This document shows, piece by piece, positions 1-14,850 of a stretch of DNA of 40,641 bases; the stretch's first letter is position 1; each line of letters starts with the position of its first letter. Under the pieces are notes generated by a model that searched no databases, had not been told where the DNA came from, and was given only the letters and a program-made list of their open reading frames with translations. Origin of the DNA: Welwitschia mirabilis (Eukaryota); assembly GCA_051453625.1 (NCBI GenBank), contig JBOZIK010000001.1:28777432-28818072 (forward strand), in the 5' to 3' direction. Position numbers and translations under genes: made by a program.

Positions 1-1549
1 CCATCATAAGCATATCAGGTATAAAAGATAAAAAAAGAACTGAAAGAGGGGAAGGGTATTTATAGTTTTGCATTAAGGTTCTAAAAACTAAAACCTATAA
101 GTCAGAAAAGAAAACCTAACATCCCACATGATTTTCTTGATCCCATTACAAAGATATTTTTTTCTGGACATACAAAAATAGTTGTCCTCTAACTATTGTT
201 AGGATGACATATGAGACATTACCTTACATTAAAATATCTTCATGTCCTACTGTTAGCCTTGTATCTTTTGTCCATATTAGAGTGTGGTCATCCTACCTCT
301 TATGGGGACAGAATAGTGGATGACAATCTTTCTTATCTCCAATCTCAAAGGTAAATCAGTCTTTTACATTATGAAGTCTTTTTCTAGATATGCAATGTAA
401 GAATAAGCTTGAGAAACTGCCAAATATGCTAAAAATCACATGTTTTACTGATCATCCTATAAGATCTCCGTAATCATTAGTATTGCATCCAAACCTATGT
501 AAATATTCTACAAAAATACTTAAAACACACCATCAGATTCTTACAAATTGGCATTGCACTAAAAACCTAATATCCTACTTGGAAGGCACTATTATAATGC
601 TTTTGGTCATGAGAACCATAGATTACCAAATAAGATAGAAGGTAGTAAAGTGATTGAAATATGTAAAAAAATATATATTTATTGCTCTCATTTTATAACC
701 ATAAGGTAGATATTCTTATGATACAACTTATTCTTGAAGTTCTTGCATGTCTTTCATATCTTAACATTTAAAAAATCCTTTCTTATCTTGTCTATTCTTA
801 CCTAAACCATACTAGAAGCTATGCGATTTTCACAATTCTTCTCCTATACTTTTGTGTGATAGGTGAAAATTTTGGAGTATGATTACTAAATGGACATAAG
901 GATGTAAAGGATTATTGTTCAGGACTGTTGAAAAATTTTGATGGATAATCTTATATTCCTTTATTAATCCTAAGTATTTGGTATTATATGATTAAGATCT
1001 TAAGAATATGATATACCTCTTTAGAATAATGTTTCCTTGCATGTGTTGAGAGTTAAACTCCATTTTATCATGTGTGTGATTTATAGTTTATGAAGTTTTC
1101 TTAGAGGATACATTATGTATTGAATAATGAATATTTCATTGAAAATTTCTTGCAATGAAATGTGAGGGTTTAGCACATATTTTTCATAATTTTCTTGAAG
1201 GACCTTAATGTGAATCTTGAATATTTGATCCTGTATATTATCTCAAAGGGGCATTGAATGATAATTTATAATTGTAAATTCCTAGAATCGTTATTTTGAA
1301 TAAGTATGAATTGGCATTTTATTTTTAAGCTTTTGTTGTAAAGTTCTCTTGAAAGTTTTTGGTCTATATGTGAATATAAAATGACATACCTTGAATACAA
1401 AATTTATGTGCATTTATTAATAATAAATTTTCAAGAAAAGAGCATGTGTTTCTCTTCTCCTCCTTAAAATATTTAAAATCCAACATAATTATTCTTAAAG
1501 TAGTTTACTAATCATTATTTAATTATTATAAGATTAAAATTTGAAAGGC

Positions 1550-4500
1550 ATTAGCCATAAGAAATTCTAGAAGTAAGCGAGGATTCAGGTCTTCAAATAA
1601 GCCCTTGGCACTGCCCTTTAGGTCAGTCTTTAGTCCCAAACTCAGATCTACTTTCTCGTGGCAAAATTACCCTAGATTTAGACAAGGATGTAACTTCCAC
1701 TAAAAATGGTTCAAAAAATTCTAGAAACCCCTCAACACATCACAAATCAAAAAGGGGAAGGGAAAAAGGTAGATCTGATCCCCTGAAAACTTTAACATGA
1801 AAGTAGTATCATAGAACATAAAGGCCTAAACAACCCTAATAAACAACTAGAAGTTTGTCATCCCATTTTGCAGTTAATTATTAGCGTCATTGCAATACTT
1901 GAAATGAAGGTTCAATTAAATAGAGCTGATATCATAGCAAAAAGATGCATGCCAAACCCGTCATGGAAGTTTACCCATATTTTTTCAAATTCCTTAAATG
2001 ATAGGATTTTGTTGTTATGGAATTCCTTAAAGGTTAAAATTGTAGTGAAATATATCTCTCTTCAGATTTTACATTGTGAAATGATTATTAATAACTCAAT
2101 TGTGCTGTTTGCCTTTATTTATGCTTTTAACTCCACTAAAGATAGGTAGTTCCTATGGATAAATATCCTTAATATCAATCAAGATTTTATCACCCATGGA
2201 CTCTAATGTGTGATTTTAATTACATTGCGAGTCTTAGGGAGAACTAAATAGAGCCCTAGTATCCATTAAAAACATTGAGGATATCCAAAACCTATTTTTA
2301 ACCATCCAAATCTCAGATCTAAAGCAAATTGGTTTCTTTTTCTCTTGGTCAAATAAATGCCAAACTAAAAAATGAATTCATTATAAGCTAGATAAATCCC
2401 TTCTTAATAGTTTATGAATAGGCTTGTATCCTCAATCTTTTATTGATTTCTCCCTGCCTGGCCTCTCAGACCACTCTCCTATAACTCTTCATCTTAACAA
2501 AGGCACTAAAGTCTTCCCCCTATTCAGGTTCTATAACTTCTAGTACAAGCACCCAAATTTCCTAAATGTTGTTTAGATGAGTTAAAACAACACTTTGGGT
2601 TGTAACTCCTTAGCTAATTTTCATAAGAAACTATAATTTTATAAAATAGCAATAAAAGCTAGATTCTCTAAAGTGACTAGAATGCTAAAGCTTAAAGTTT
2701 GAAATGCTAAGTAGGAGCTGTTAATCATTCAAAATCAATTAGAGTCGTCTTCCAGGTGAGAAGATCTTATCTAAAAAAAAAAAATAAGCTTCTTTAGCAT
2801 ACAAAAAGTTCTTTAGCACTAGTTCATGCTCAACAAGCAAAAAGTAAAGATTAAATGGGCTTCGGAGGAGATTTAAACTTAGCCTACTTTTGTGCATGTC
2901 TCAAACAAAGGAATCATTCGTCTGTAATCAGGGCTCTTTATGATGCCAATGGAAACCTTCTAAGTAATTAATAGGAAATTAACCAAAATATCATTGATCA
3001 TTTTCAAAAATAGTTTAACCATGAGGATATAGTTTCACACTTTAATACCTTAATTTTGTCAGCTGGTCCTTAATTTTAAAATAGCAATGTTCAGATTTAT
3101 GCAGACCGAGTACATCTGATGACATCAAAAATTCCTTCTTCTCGATGGATAATGATAAATTTCCAAGCCCAGATGAATTTTTAGCAACTTCAAAGCTTCC
3201 TAGGATATCATAGGTAAAGACATATGTAAAGCTATTAAATCGTTCTTCTATGATGGGAGGACACCAAAAAGCTTAAAATCTATAGCTATTATTCTGATCC
3301 ATAAATTAAACTACCCCATAATGGCCTTGGATTATAGACCTATTACCTGTTGCAATGTAACTTATAAATCTATCTCTATTATCATTAGTAACATACTCAA
3401 AGGAATGCTATTGGATATTATAGTAGAAGAACAAGGGGCCTTCATCCCCCATAAAAGTATTATACATAACATTCTTCTAGCCTAAGAACTAGTCCTGCAC
3501 TATGATAGCAAAAGGATCTGCCCAAGATGTGCTCTAAAAGTGGACCTAAAGAAGGCATATGACTCTATCTCATGGTCTTTCTTATTTAATTTATTTGAAG
3601 TCTTTGGATTCACTTTCAAGATAATTAAGTGGATTAAAGCCTGTGTTTCCACCCTTATTTTCTTATCTTTTATTAATGGAGGGATGGAGGACTATTTTCT
3701 AAGAAAAAAAAGATTTAAGGTAGGGTGATCTATTTTCCCTCTAACTATTTTTCCTTATCATAGAATATTTATCAAGGTGTTTTAAGAGGCTATCTCAAAA
3801 TTCCCTATACCACGTTCAGCCTATATGTATAAGGCTTAGTATTATGCATCTATGTTATGCAGATGATTTGTTTATCTTCAATAGAGGAGATGATAGTTTC
3901 ATCTATATGTTGAAATCAGGATTCTTTGTACAGGTGTCAGATCTTTAGGAAAATGGGTCTAAAAGTTAGACATTCTTTAGAGTAATAACACAAGGCCAAA
4001 AAGAAATATTCCTTCAGTAGCTTGATTTTTCAAAAAGCACCCTTCCAGTGAAATATCTTAGGATGCCTCTAAACTCAAAAAGCTCTTAGTTATAGATTGT
4101 ATCCTAGTAATCCTCAAAGTAATAGAGAAAGTAAGATTTTGGATAGATAAACTCCTATCATATGTAGGGAGACTGGTTCTAATTAAGTTAGTCCTTCAAA
4201 TCTTATCCTCCTTTTAGTGCACAATTTTCGTCCTATCAAACAAGATCCTTAATGAAATCAATGCCATTTGCAAAATATTTCTTTAAATTGGTAAAGCCAA
4301 GTAGTCCAAAAAAGTCCTAGTTGCTTGACACTCGATGGTAAAACCAAAGTCAATAGGAAAGTTGGGAATAACAAACTCCATTCTAGTGAATAAGATGCTA
4401 ATTCTTACCTAGCTTTGGGATTTGGATCTAAAAAAAGATACTTTATGGGTTAAATGTATCATGAATTTTACTTTAAAGAAAGAAACATTTTGTTGTTTCA

Positions 4501-6114
4501 ACTAAAGCCTTATTCTTGTTGGATAATAAATAAATCTTAAAGCTCAGATCCCTTATAGGAGGCTATGTGTAGTTTTTAGCATTGACAGTGAATTAGATAG
4601 CACTAAGTGAGCCTTTCTCAACCTCTGCCTCATATGCTCATCTAGTTGGACACCACTCAAAGGTAGATTGGACATTATTGTCTAAAACTAGTTTTTTATC
4701 ACAAAATACTCCTTTGTGACATGGCTAGCATGTCATAATAGGTTATTTACAAAAGACAAAATCTCCAAATTAGAAAGGCAGATTGACCTAAGCTATGTCT
4801 TATGTGGGTTAGTAGTGGAATTAAGAGACCACCTTTTTTTTGAATGCCCTCTTTTTCCCTCTTCCTCTGGGATGCATTAAGCCTAATTAACCTTCACCCC
4901 TCATCTTCTTCATGGAATGGTCTACTCTTTGGGTTTAAAAGCATATGTAGATCAAAATCAACCTAAAACAGCATTTTCAAATTAATTTGTTCATCCTGCA
5001 TATACCATGTTTGATAAGGAAGAAATGACAAATTTTTTAGAAAGCAAGCTTTTAAAATCTTACATCTCATCAAAGAAATTAAATTCCAACTTACTTATAA
5101 ACTATCTACTATTAACAATCTTGAAAACTCCTAGAAAAATTGTATGTGCTACCAAATCGTTGGTTCCATAAATTTCATAGGAGATCTTCCCATCTCTAGT
5201 TCAAGGACTTATGTGAACCTTAGGATAAAGAGTTATTTACAAATTTATTTCTCTGCCTCATATCTCTACTCATACTCAAGCTATGTGAAGGGTGGATAGG
5301 ATCCATAAAACCTCTCCCCCCTTTTATCCTTCACGTATTCCTTCAATGTTTTTAAATAAAAAGATCTTGACTCCCCCAGATTTTAGCCCTCTTTAGAAAA
5401 ATCTACTCATATTTTTTTCAAATTTCATAGTAACCCCCAAAGATCCAACAAAGGTGTAGATTAAGCGAGTATTCATCCGGTAATGTCTTATTCTTGGGAG
5501 GGATGATAATCCCTCCTTAAGAAAGCAAAGAAGGGAATTAGTCACAGATGATAAAGGGACTTGCTCAGCTACAAGGGTATGATTCTGGAACCAGTTCTTA
5601 GCCATAATGTCTACTCAAGAAGCAACAAAGACTTCCAAGGCCATTCTGGAAGATGCTGTTTAATCCTTCTTGCATTAATCCTCATTCCTAATAACATACG
5701 TCTCCACTTATTTACTTGTTTGCAAGCAATGATCTAGGAATTAAGAAGATCTCAGTTATAGGTTAAGGGTACTTTCCTCTATCCAAGCCTGTGCCACAGT
5801 CCTCCTAGGCCTAGCATAATGGGAAGTGAAGCATATCATCAGATCATTCATTAGAACATGCTAAAGAATAGGCTCCAAGTTTTTTTCACATCCCACAAGC
5901 CTTTTCAAATCTGTTATGTAATGTTCATCAATATGTTTTTTCCTTTAATATGATCTGTAGGGCCCTTGTTCACCTAGTTCCACATCAAGTTCTTTTAAAA
6001 CCTACTTCCTAGTTTAAATCACTCTATCGTCAGTGCAAATTATCAGGTTCTATGCATGAGTATGTACTTTAAAGTTCCCAATAATAAAAACAACATAAAT
6101 TTCCTTTAAAAAAA
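1550..6114 (+). mobile_element. Degenerate L1-clade LINE (copy A): ORF1 tail, ORF2 (APE endonuclease-RT-zf-RVT), long 3' region, short poly(A)
   Basis: ORF2 ATG at 1797 begins an MKVVS(W)NIxGLN-like endonuclease. Other motifs: GLSDHSP ~2460, DYRPITCCN ~3330, VDLKKAYDSISW 3540, YADD 3856-3867, zf-RVT-like segment ~4700-5030, A7 at 6108-6114. Many stops and frameshifts. Aligns by eye with copies B and C. Confidence 0.93.
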
Positions 6115-6900
6115 CCAAAGTTTTAATAGCGCGTTTGATAGGATATCCACTTATTAGCTAGGAGCTATCATGTTTGAATCCCTACATTATCTTTTTAGAA
6201 AATCATAATAAAATAGCCTCCCTTTAGGTTAGGATTATATTGTTATGATATGTTTCCCTTTAACAACATATTTTAGGATAATTAATATCTATCGATAGCA
6301 TAAATGTATAAATAAATTTTAATTATTATGTAAATAAAAACCTATTAGGATAATATGAATAATAAGTTAAGTTGTTTCCCTTACTACATAACTAAATTAT
6401 TTTTATTCTAGGCCAACTTGCTTAAACATTGAGTATTGGACAAGGCAGGGATTTTAATTAAATATGCAAAGACTAAATTAAAAATATTTTAACCTTAGTT
6501 TATGTAACAATTTTTTCTTAAGTATGATTCCCTTATTTATTATATTTTTATGAATAACATATTTATAATGTATTTCATAAGTAAGTAAAAATACCTAAAT
6601 TTACAATCCTCTTATTAATCCTTTATGAGCATCATATGTCTTTAAAATTATTAATAATTGTCTAAGGGTTTTACCTATTTATTTTTCATTTCCTTAGTAG
6701 ATGTTAGCAAAGTAAAGAAGGAAGAATCTAATCTAATGATTTAGTTCACTCTTCATAGATATTCCATTATGATATTTCACAGAAGATTACAATCCCTTAT
6801 AATGACTAGTAAAATTTTGAAGATAGTAATTTTACTATAATTATCTATAGATAAATTTTAGCCTTATGTTTAAGAGTTATCTAAGATTTTTAGGTTATTA

Positions 6901-8300
6901 CATTTTAGTATCAGAGCATCAAGTATGAAGATGTTCAACTATAGAAATTTTGGAGCCCTTACAATAACTATCTAAGAAGATTAAATCACTTAGTATAAAT
7001 CTTAATCTCATGATTTCCAAAATCAAATGTTTAATATACTATGTAGATGCCCATGAGACATGCAAATATTCATCCATTCCTATTTTTAAGACATGGTACA
7101 AAAGAAAGTAAATATTTTAGGAGAACATTATCAAGAACAAACAACAAAGAAACCTTACTCCAATACATATAACCTAGAATGAAGGAATTAGTTACATGTT
7201 TTATTAAGGGAAAATAATAATAGCTAAGAATCTATAAGTTAACCTAGGAATTCATAACCATCATCATCTAATCCTTAATATTCTTTATCCAAGCATTTTT
7301 TTTATCATCTTCTAGTAGTCAAACTTTTTCATCTTTTTAATAAACACTTAAAAAGTTCATTAAATTTCAAATTCATATCAATAGTGACCAATAATAACTC
7401 AATTGATAAACAACTTTTACTTTACAAAGATGGACGAACAATGTCCAACAACACAATCAAACAACTATCCACATTCTTACATCTATCAATTAACATAAAA
7501 AAGCAAATTTTTCTTTAACTTATGAGTCTAATCCTAGTGGTATCAAAATATTTAAAACTGTAAAAGATTATAACATTAGAAAAACTAAATTCATACACCT
7601 TAAAAGTGGGAGAGGGATTAATAAGGAAGTAGAAAAATATTAATTAGATGGAAATGAAGTTTCAACTGAGCATAGTTAGGAAGAAAAGGAAATAAAAGGA
7701 ATCTTAAAGAGGAAGTTTCTATATCCATTACCCTTTTCCTAACAACTTCAAAGAGACACATTAGGAAATAAACATTAAGGTGTCCTTGAGATTTTAAAGA
7801 ATAAAGATTAACATCACTTTTCTTATAATCTATAATGGAAGCCCCTATTATGCTAAGTTTCTTAATGACTTATGTACAACTAAGAGAAGTATAAATGTTA
7901 AGGGAAATAATGTTTTAGCTTGATAAACATCTGTGATGATCACAAACCAATTGCCTCCAAGGTATAAATATGTTAGATGTCATACCATTCTCATTACTAT
8001 TGGGTAAAAACATATTAAGAAAACATTTCTAGATCTTGAAGCTAGTGTTAATATTTTACCTTATTATGTATACTAAGTACTTAGCCCATTTGATATTAAA
8101 AGTATAAACATTCAATTGCAATCAGCTAATAATTGATATTTTTCTATTAGATTTCATAGTTTTAGAAATGGAGCAAGCTAGAACTCATTTAGTTTTTGTA
8201 ATCTTAGGTAGACCTTCTCTTATAACTTCAAATTCTCTTATTAATTATAGGTATGATCTTATGAAAATTTATTCTAAAAATATAATTTTTGAGTTAAAAT
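6901..8300 (+). mobile_element. Athila-like Ty3/gypsy remnant: PBS, gag C-terminus, aspartic protease; no RT recognisable downstream
   Basis: CA followed by tagtatcagagc (6906-6917), a degenerate tRNA-Met PBS (TGGTATCAGAGC). Peptides: PLPFP ~7725, YAKFLNDLCTTKR ~7850, FLDLEASVNILP (D at 8032), ILGRP ~8200. Confidence 0.75.
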
Positions 8301-11300
8301 TTTAATAACCTAATAACAAGTGATTTTCATGATCTTGAATCTTCCTTTTTTGAATAAAACATTTCCATTGTTTCTTCTTTTCTTAAATTTGATTCATATT
8401 CTAACTTCAAAAAACATATTTCTTTTGACTTTAAACCACTTCTTAAGGATTTAAAATATGTTTTTGATAATGATCTAATTCATTCAATAGTTATTCATTC
8501 ACCAAGGTTTTTATCTTAGAATAATGTTTTGCAACAGGTATTAAAAAATCATGAAGAATATATAGATTGAACTTCTTCTAGTCTAAAACATTTAGATCCT
8601 AATCTTTATATTATTAATGGCATTTTTAAGTTTTTAAACTCATGTATGAGTTCTATTATGAAAATCTTTTTACTTATAAAAGATCACTTGATTTACCATT
8701 ATAACCTTAAGCCTAATCACCTTGGTACTTTTGTGTTTTTCTCCTTACATGCCATTGAGCGACTCATTTATGAGAGTAGGTTGGTCCTATTACATGATTT
8801 AAGATTATATTCATTTCCTAGTATTTTAGCCTTAGAATGGTTAAATCACTCTACAATAAAGTAATAGTTATCTAAGAATGATTATCTCATGGAAAATACC
8901 AAATACTACTACTTGCCTAATCCTTGTCTTAAGCCTTTTCCTTCACCTAAGCTACTTTCATATGATCCCCTATCATCTATAACTTTTCCTATTCTTCCAT
9001 CTTCTTATGAGTTCATGAGATTCAATGATCTTAGTTAATGGTCTTTTTCTAATAATTTAATAATAAAGTGATTTTTTCTTAATTCTAATCTAGGGAAAAA
9101 TTCTAGATATTTTTGCATTTCATGAGCTAGTTATTTGTAATTTTTTAGTTATTTATTAAAGTTTCAAATATTAGCTTTCTAGTTTAGTAAATTTAAGAAA
9201 AAAGCTAGTTTTTATCTTTCATGATATTATTTCATTTTAAGTTATTGATGGGGATGAGATTGTTTCCCTATTGAGATAATTAGTTAACAACCCCTTTCAT
9301 GTGATTATTTCTTTTTTAAAAAAAGGAAAACAAATAATAAAAACAATAAAAGATAATGTAAAAGTAGGGGGGGAAACTTTTAAAGATCTTCAAAATAACA
9401 TTTCTTTATAGATCATCACTATTGAATTTAGTTAAATACAAAGAAAATTTACTAATCCTTATTAAGAAAAAATTACTTTGTTATGGAAATAATAAATGTG
9501 ATGATAAAAATAAAATCTCTAAAAACTATTTTGTTGATAATGTTGTTATCAATGATAGGATTTCTGAAATTAATTGTCAGAATAATGGAAAGGATAAAGA
9601 GCCATGTTCAAAATGTAGTTTCTCATGTGTCCCAAATATTTTGATCAATTCCTAACTATCCTAAACCACATCTAATAAAATATCGATGAAATCCATCAAA
9701 TATCTTTTTTTCTTGTTCACTTCATTATAAACAAGCCCTCATTCCATCTTCTAATAGGAGGAAAAATAAGATCCTACTAATTAAAAAGAGTCTTTATCAA
9801 ATTAAAACCTTAAAGATTACAAGTGAAGTCCTAAAGATTAATAGTCCCCATCAATTCCTTTTCAGTGTTGGTGAATTCTTATAAGTTCATTTTTAAATTC
9901 AATAAAATCATCTTTCAATTTATTAGAATTGTTTTCAAAGTCATCATTCTTCTATCAAATGTGTATTTAAGTTCTATCATTTTCCATTTTGGAATTAGAT
10001 GTCCTAAATGTTATCACATTTTTATTCTGATTATAGTTAGTTGAGTTCATAGTTTTTAGTTTCAAAATCTATATCAAATTATATTTTTATTACATTTTGG
10101 GAGAATATTTTATTTGTGTATGTTTTAAATTTCATTTTAAACAAAAAATGTTTTCTTTCTTTCTAAAATAAACTATTGTAATTTTTGACATTCTAGTTAG
10201 AGTCCATAAGTATCATAATTTATAGTTTTAAAATTTGTCTTAAGTTAGGTTCTTTTCAAAATCTAATATGATTTTTCTGAAGCCATCTTACATGAGTTCA
10301 ATTAGAATCATAAAATATCATTTTTCCTTTCAAAATATTGAATTTCTAATTCTACTTCAAATTCAATTCCAATTATAAAAAGATTATTTTAAAAATTAAT
10401 ATCTCATAAATTATATTGATTCAAATTCGTATTAAATTTCTAGAGTTATAATATCTTTTTGTTCTTTATTACATTATTATTTCAAATATTTAGTTCACTT
10501 AATCTTAAATTACTTTCTCTTCAAAATTATTCAAAAGTAAGTTCTTTGTCATTTTTTGAAATGTTAGAAGCTCCTCAGATTAATGTTTTAATTGTTATAT
10601 TAAAATATTAATNNNNNNNNNNNNNNNNAATTGCAAATGACAAGATCTAAATCAATATCTTTGATCCTAAGTTATTTCATCTTATTTTGAAATAGATTAA
10701 AAATATGTTTTTCTCAATCTTATTTGAGGAATGTCTTGGCTATCTTTGATTTAAAAAAGTAGGCATTTGAAAATCTTCTTAATCAATCAAAATTCTAGTC
10801 ATTAAAAACATTGCATAAATCATTATAACAAGTTTTAGCATTCCTCATTAGGCCTATTACATAGTTGTATTCTAATTAAAAATTAAATTAATCAATCATG
10901 AAAACCTAATGTTAAATATTATTTAAAGAATAATATTAAAAAAATTCTAGTTGAACAGAGCCCTACTTCAGTAGAAAAAGATGTCATAGAGAACTATAGG
11001 AATTACTAGACCACTCTTTTCAAAATATGGATTTGCATGATGTCAAAGAGGCAAAACAACCCATCAATCTAGAAGATTGTAGTTAAAGAGATGATCTTGA
11101 AGGAGATCATGAGGACAAAGAAGATTTTAATAATAATAAAAAGGAAATGTACATGCAACTAAAAATAACTCTCCTAGAAAAATCCAAGCTATTGAAGACA
11201 CTTACTAGATAAAATCCCTTGTTGTTTAGGTCTAAACCATAAGAAAATAATGATAAAGGAAAAGGCATAAGTGTTGGCCTTAATCCTTCCATTATAGTTA

Positions 11301-14300
11301 TAACCTTTAACATAAGTGAAATTCTACAAGCTATTAATTCCATAAAAGAATACTTATTCTAGCTTAATCATTGTGATGAATTAGATACTGTGGATATACC
11401 ATTACATCCATCAGTTCCTACAAGGTTCTTAGCATCTTTAGAGGAAATTTATAGGAGTTGAGGATCCTAAAATACACATGCATAATTTCTATATCTATAA
11501 CCTTTNNNNNNNNNNNNNNNNNNNNNNNNNNNNNNNNNNNNNNNNNNNNNNNNNNNNNNNNNNNNNNNNNNNNNNNNNNNNNNNNNNNNNNNNNNNNNNN
11601 NNNNNNNNNNNNNNNNNNNNNNNNNNNNNNNNNNNNNNNNNNNNNNNNNNNNNNNNNNNNNNNNNNNNNNNNNNNNNNNNNNNNNNNNNNNNNNNNNNNN
11701 NNNNNNNNNNNNNNNNNNNNNNNNNNNNNNNNNNNNNNNNNNNNNNNNNNNNNNNNNNNNNNNNNNNNNNNNNNNNNNNNNNNNNNNNNNNNNNNNNNNN
11801 NNNNNNNNNNNNNNNNNNNNNNNNNNNNNNNNNNNNNNNNNNNNNNNNNNNNNNNNNNNNNNNNNNNNNNNNNNNNNNNNNNNNNNNNNNNNNNNNNNNN
11901 NNNNNNNNNNNNNNNNNNNNNNNNNNNNNNNNNNNNNNNNNNNNNNNNNNNNNNNNNNNNNNNNNNNNNNNNNNNNNNNNNNNNNNNNNNNNNNNNNNNN
12001 NNNNNNNNNNNNNNNNNNNNNNNNNNNNNNNNNNNNNNNNNNNNNNNNNNNNNNNNNNNNNNNNNNNNNNNNNNNNNNNNNNNNNCTAAAATACACAGGC
12101 ATAATTTCTATATCTATAAACTTTATAGAATAGACTTAGATATTTCTTGTCATCATTTTTATTCATCTTTGATGAAGTATGCTCTTGAATGATACCATTA
12201 CTTACCTCTTAGGTCAATGAAGAATTTGAAAATCATATTTGAAGTCTTTATCAAATATTATGCAATAAACATACTCTAATCCATCTCTCTTGAGAATTTA
12301 ACTAATTTAAGACAAAGGTTATATGAAAATATTATGAAATATGTATAATAATAAAAGAATATTATTCTTTAGTTACATATATTATCTCTGACAAAGACAT
12401 GGCTAGTATATTCTCTAAATACTACATACCATTTATTTCAAAACACCCTAAATGCAAAAGTTTGATACAATTAACCAAGCCATATAAGTGGCTAAAGGAT
12501 TTAAATCATAGGTAGACAAAAGGAAACCCTAGAGGAAAAATGTAAATTTAAAACATCTATCAAAAAATTCCAAAAGAATTAAGTAAAAAAATACATCAAA
12601 TTCAAATATAGTTTCACTTATTAAATAATGTACCTAAAAAGACTAAGTAACATCTTCCCAACAAATGGAAGGAAAATCATTTCTCACTCGATCAATTTAT
12701 TTTTTTGAATAAAAATGACAAATGAATTTTACTAAAATCAATGTTCCCTTGTCTTATATACTTTCCTCATTTTAAGTGAGAAGGATAATTGAACTTCCTT
12801 AGACAAGATAGTCTGATCATAACCTTTCAAAACCAAAGTAGTGTGATAAAAATTAATACCATTAATATTATCAAATAAGAGGTCATGATAGTAAAAATTT
12901 TTGCACTTTCAAAAGTATTATAAAAAATACTCTAGAAGATATGAAGAACATAAGATTACATTCAATAATGATAATTGCTAATGAATCCTTAAAAATTTTC
13001 AAATACCCACTACATAGTCAAGATCCATAATCTTTAAAAATCACTCAAAATGTAATAATCATGGCAAACCATTTATAATCCTTATATTAAAGAAGGAATT
13101 ACTAAAATCAAAGCACACATCATTGAGGAAAATAAAAGGAGACTTCAAAAATTAGTGATGGAGACCCAAAGCATAGATCCTATTAATAGTGCCAAAGGTT
13201 ATTTAATCTTATTACATAATGAATCTAATCATTATAAAAATGGTTTCTAAGAAATTTTTCTAGAGTAAAGTAAGGAGTAAGAGAAGTTTTAGTTATGATA
13301 ATAACATAAGTATCCAAAAATGAGAACATCCCATGACTTTTCAAGATAATGGGTTATCCTTAATATAATAAAAATTGATATTAATGGATCCCCTTTATAT
13401 CATAGTTAATGTTGGTTAATAAAAAAAATAAAAGGTTATTTATTAACTATGGTGTTGAATAAATTTTATCAATTTAGATTATCTAAAGTCAGTGAAAAAA
13501 GGAGGTCAAACAAACTATAGTAATGCAATTCCAATTTATGGATTAATAAAGAGACTTCAACGGGCACCATGAATTTAGAAATAAAAAAAGACAAGGGAAT
13601 ATGAACTCTAAATTATAGGTTGTAGAGTCATCTTCATCATTCAACTTGTTACTAAGTCGGCCTTGAATTTTTGACTTACGATCTATATTTTCCTTAACCC
13701 ATTTCATAATAAATTTTGGCAATAATTTAGAAGAAAAAATCACCTTAGACAAAGTGCAACTATTGTAATAATGACTAGAACAAATGAAAACATTGATAGA
13801 AATGCATCTATGAAGGATGATTCCAAACAATCTTTAGTTCCATTATTATAAATCAATATTAATGAACATTAGTTTAGCATATTAGAAGTCCCTCACCATT
13901 AGCTTCTAGATCTTGCTTGAAATAATTTTCTTAAAAACTAGCCACCAATAATACCCAAAAAAAAGACTAAAGATAATAATACCCAAGGAATGTAGATGAG
14001 AGAATTTTCTATTTTCTTTTAATAGGATAAGCTATTGGGCAATTATATATATCAAATAAATAAGTCCAACTTTTAACCAAAGTTGTATATAGAACTCTTA
14101 AAGAAAAAGGCAATGCCTTTTCTAAATCTTATTTCATTTTCAATAGAGCAGACATTTAGCCAACAACAAATAAAGTAAATAGTACATCAAAAAAACATTA
14201 AAAAAATTTCAATTATAAAAAAAAGAAATGTCTTTCTTCTATTAGATAAAATGTTAACTACTCATATGTGTTAACAAATAAAGCAATTGTTGTCCAAAAA

Positions 14301-14626
14301 ACATGCATAACATCACCCCTTTTCCAAATGTTATTATCTTTGAATAAAACAAAATACTAGCTAGTTATATAGCATTAATCATTCCTCAAATCATCCACAA
14401 AGTTCTCAAAAATCTTATGCCACATGTTTACCAAAATAAATATCATATATCTTTACAAAAAAGAAGATAACTTGAAAGCAAACTGCAAGTCTAAACTTCC
14501 AACAAGTGCTTGTCCTTATTGTTTACGAGGCTTTTTTATTTCCGTAGATGTTGGATTAGTTCTAATGTTACATGATGATAGGTGATTTTGGTGGTTTTAC
14601 AGCGATATAATTGAGTTTAAATAGAA

Positions 14627-14850
14627 GTTGACGATTTGATCTAGTTTGACTGAAGTTGACCAAGTTTGACTAGGCTTAACTGAGGTTGACTAGCTTTGAC
14701 TAGCCTTCATTTTAACTAAGTTTGATCGAGTTTGACTGAACTTGACTATTAGACCAAGTTTGAATAAGTTATTGTGATGTTGTTGATCAAATTTGACTAA
14801 CTTTAACTGATCGTTGATTAACTTTAACTAGGCTGACTATGATTAACTAA
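14627..14850 (+). repeat. Degenerate 10-bp tandem array with TTGACY core
   Basis: Units such as ttgactgaag, ttgaccaagt, ttgactaggc, ttaactgagg, ttgactagct. Exact TTGACY at 14646, 14656, 14666, 14686, 14696, 14732, 14742 and 14793. Confidence 0.85.

Noticed and set aside
1-1500. LTR- or UTR-like sequence with a minus-strand TATA near position 60
   Set aside because: No partner repeat or coding motif in the window.
1534-6130. Possible TSD of LINE A (taaaatttgaaaggc / caaagttttaatagc)
   Set aside because: Only 10 of 15 positions match in AT-rich DNA.
11458-12192. Long ORFs of 203-244 aa in the ORF track
   Set aside because: Artefacts of the N run.
14627-14850. CRISPR-like periodicity
   Set aside because: 10-bp degenerate units, no unique spacers, no cas genes, eukaryotic context.
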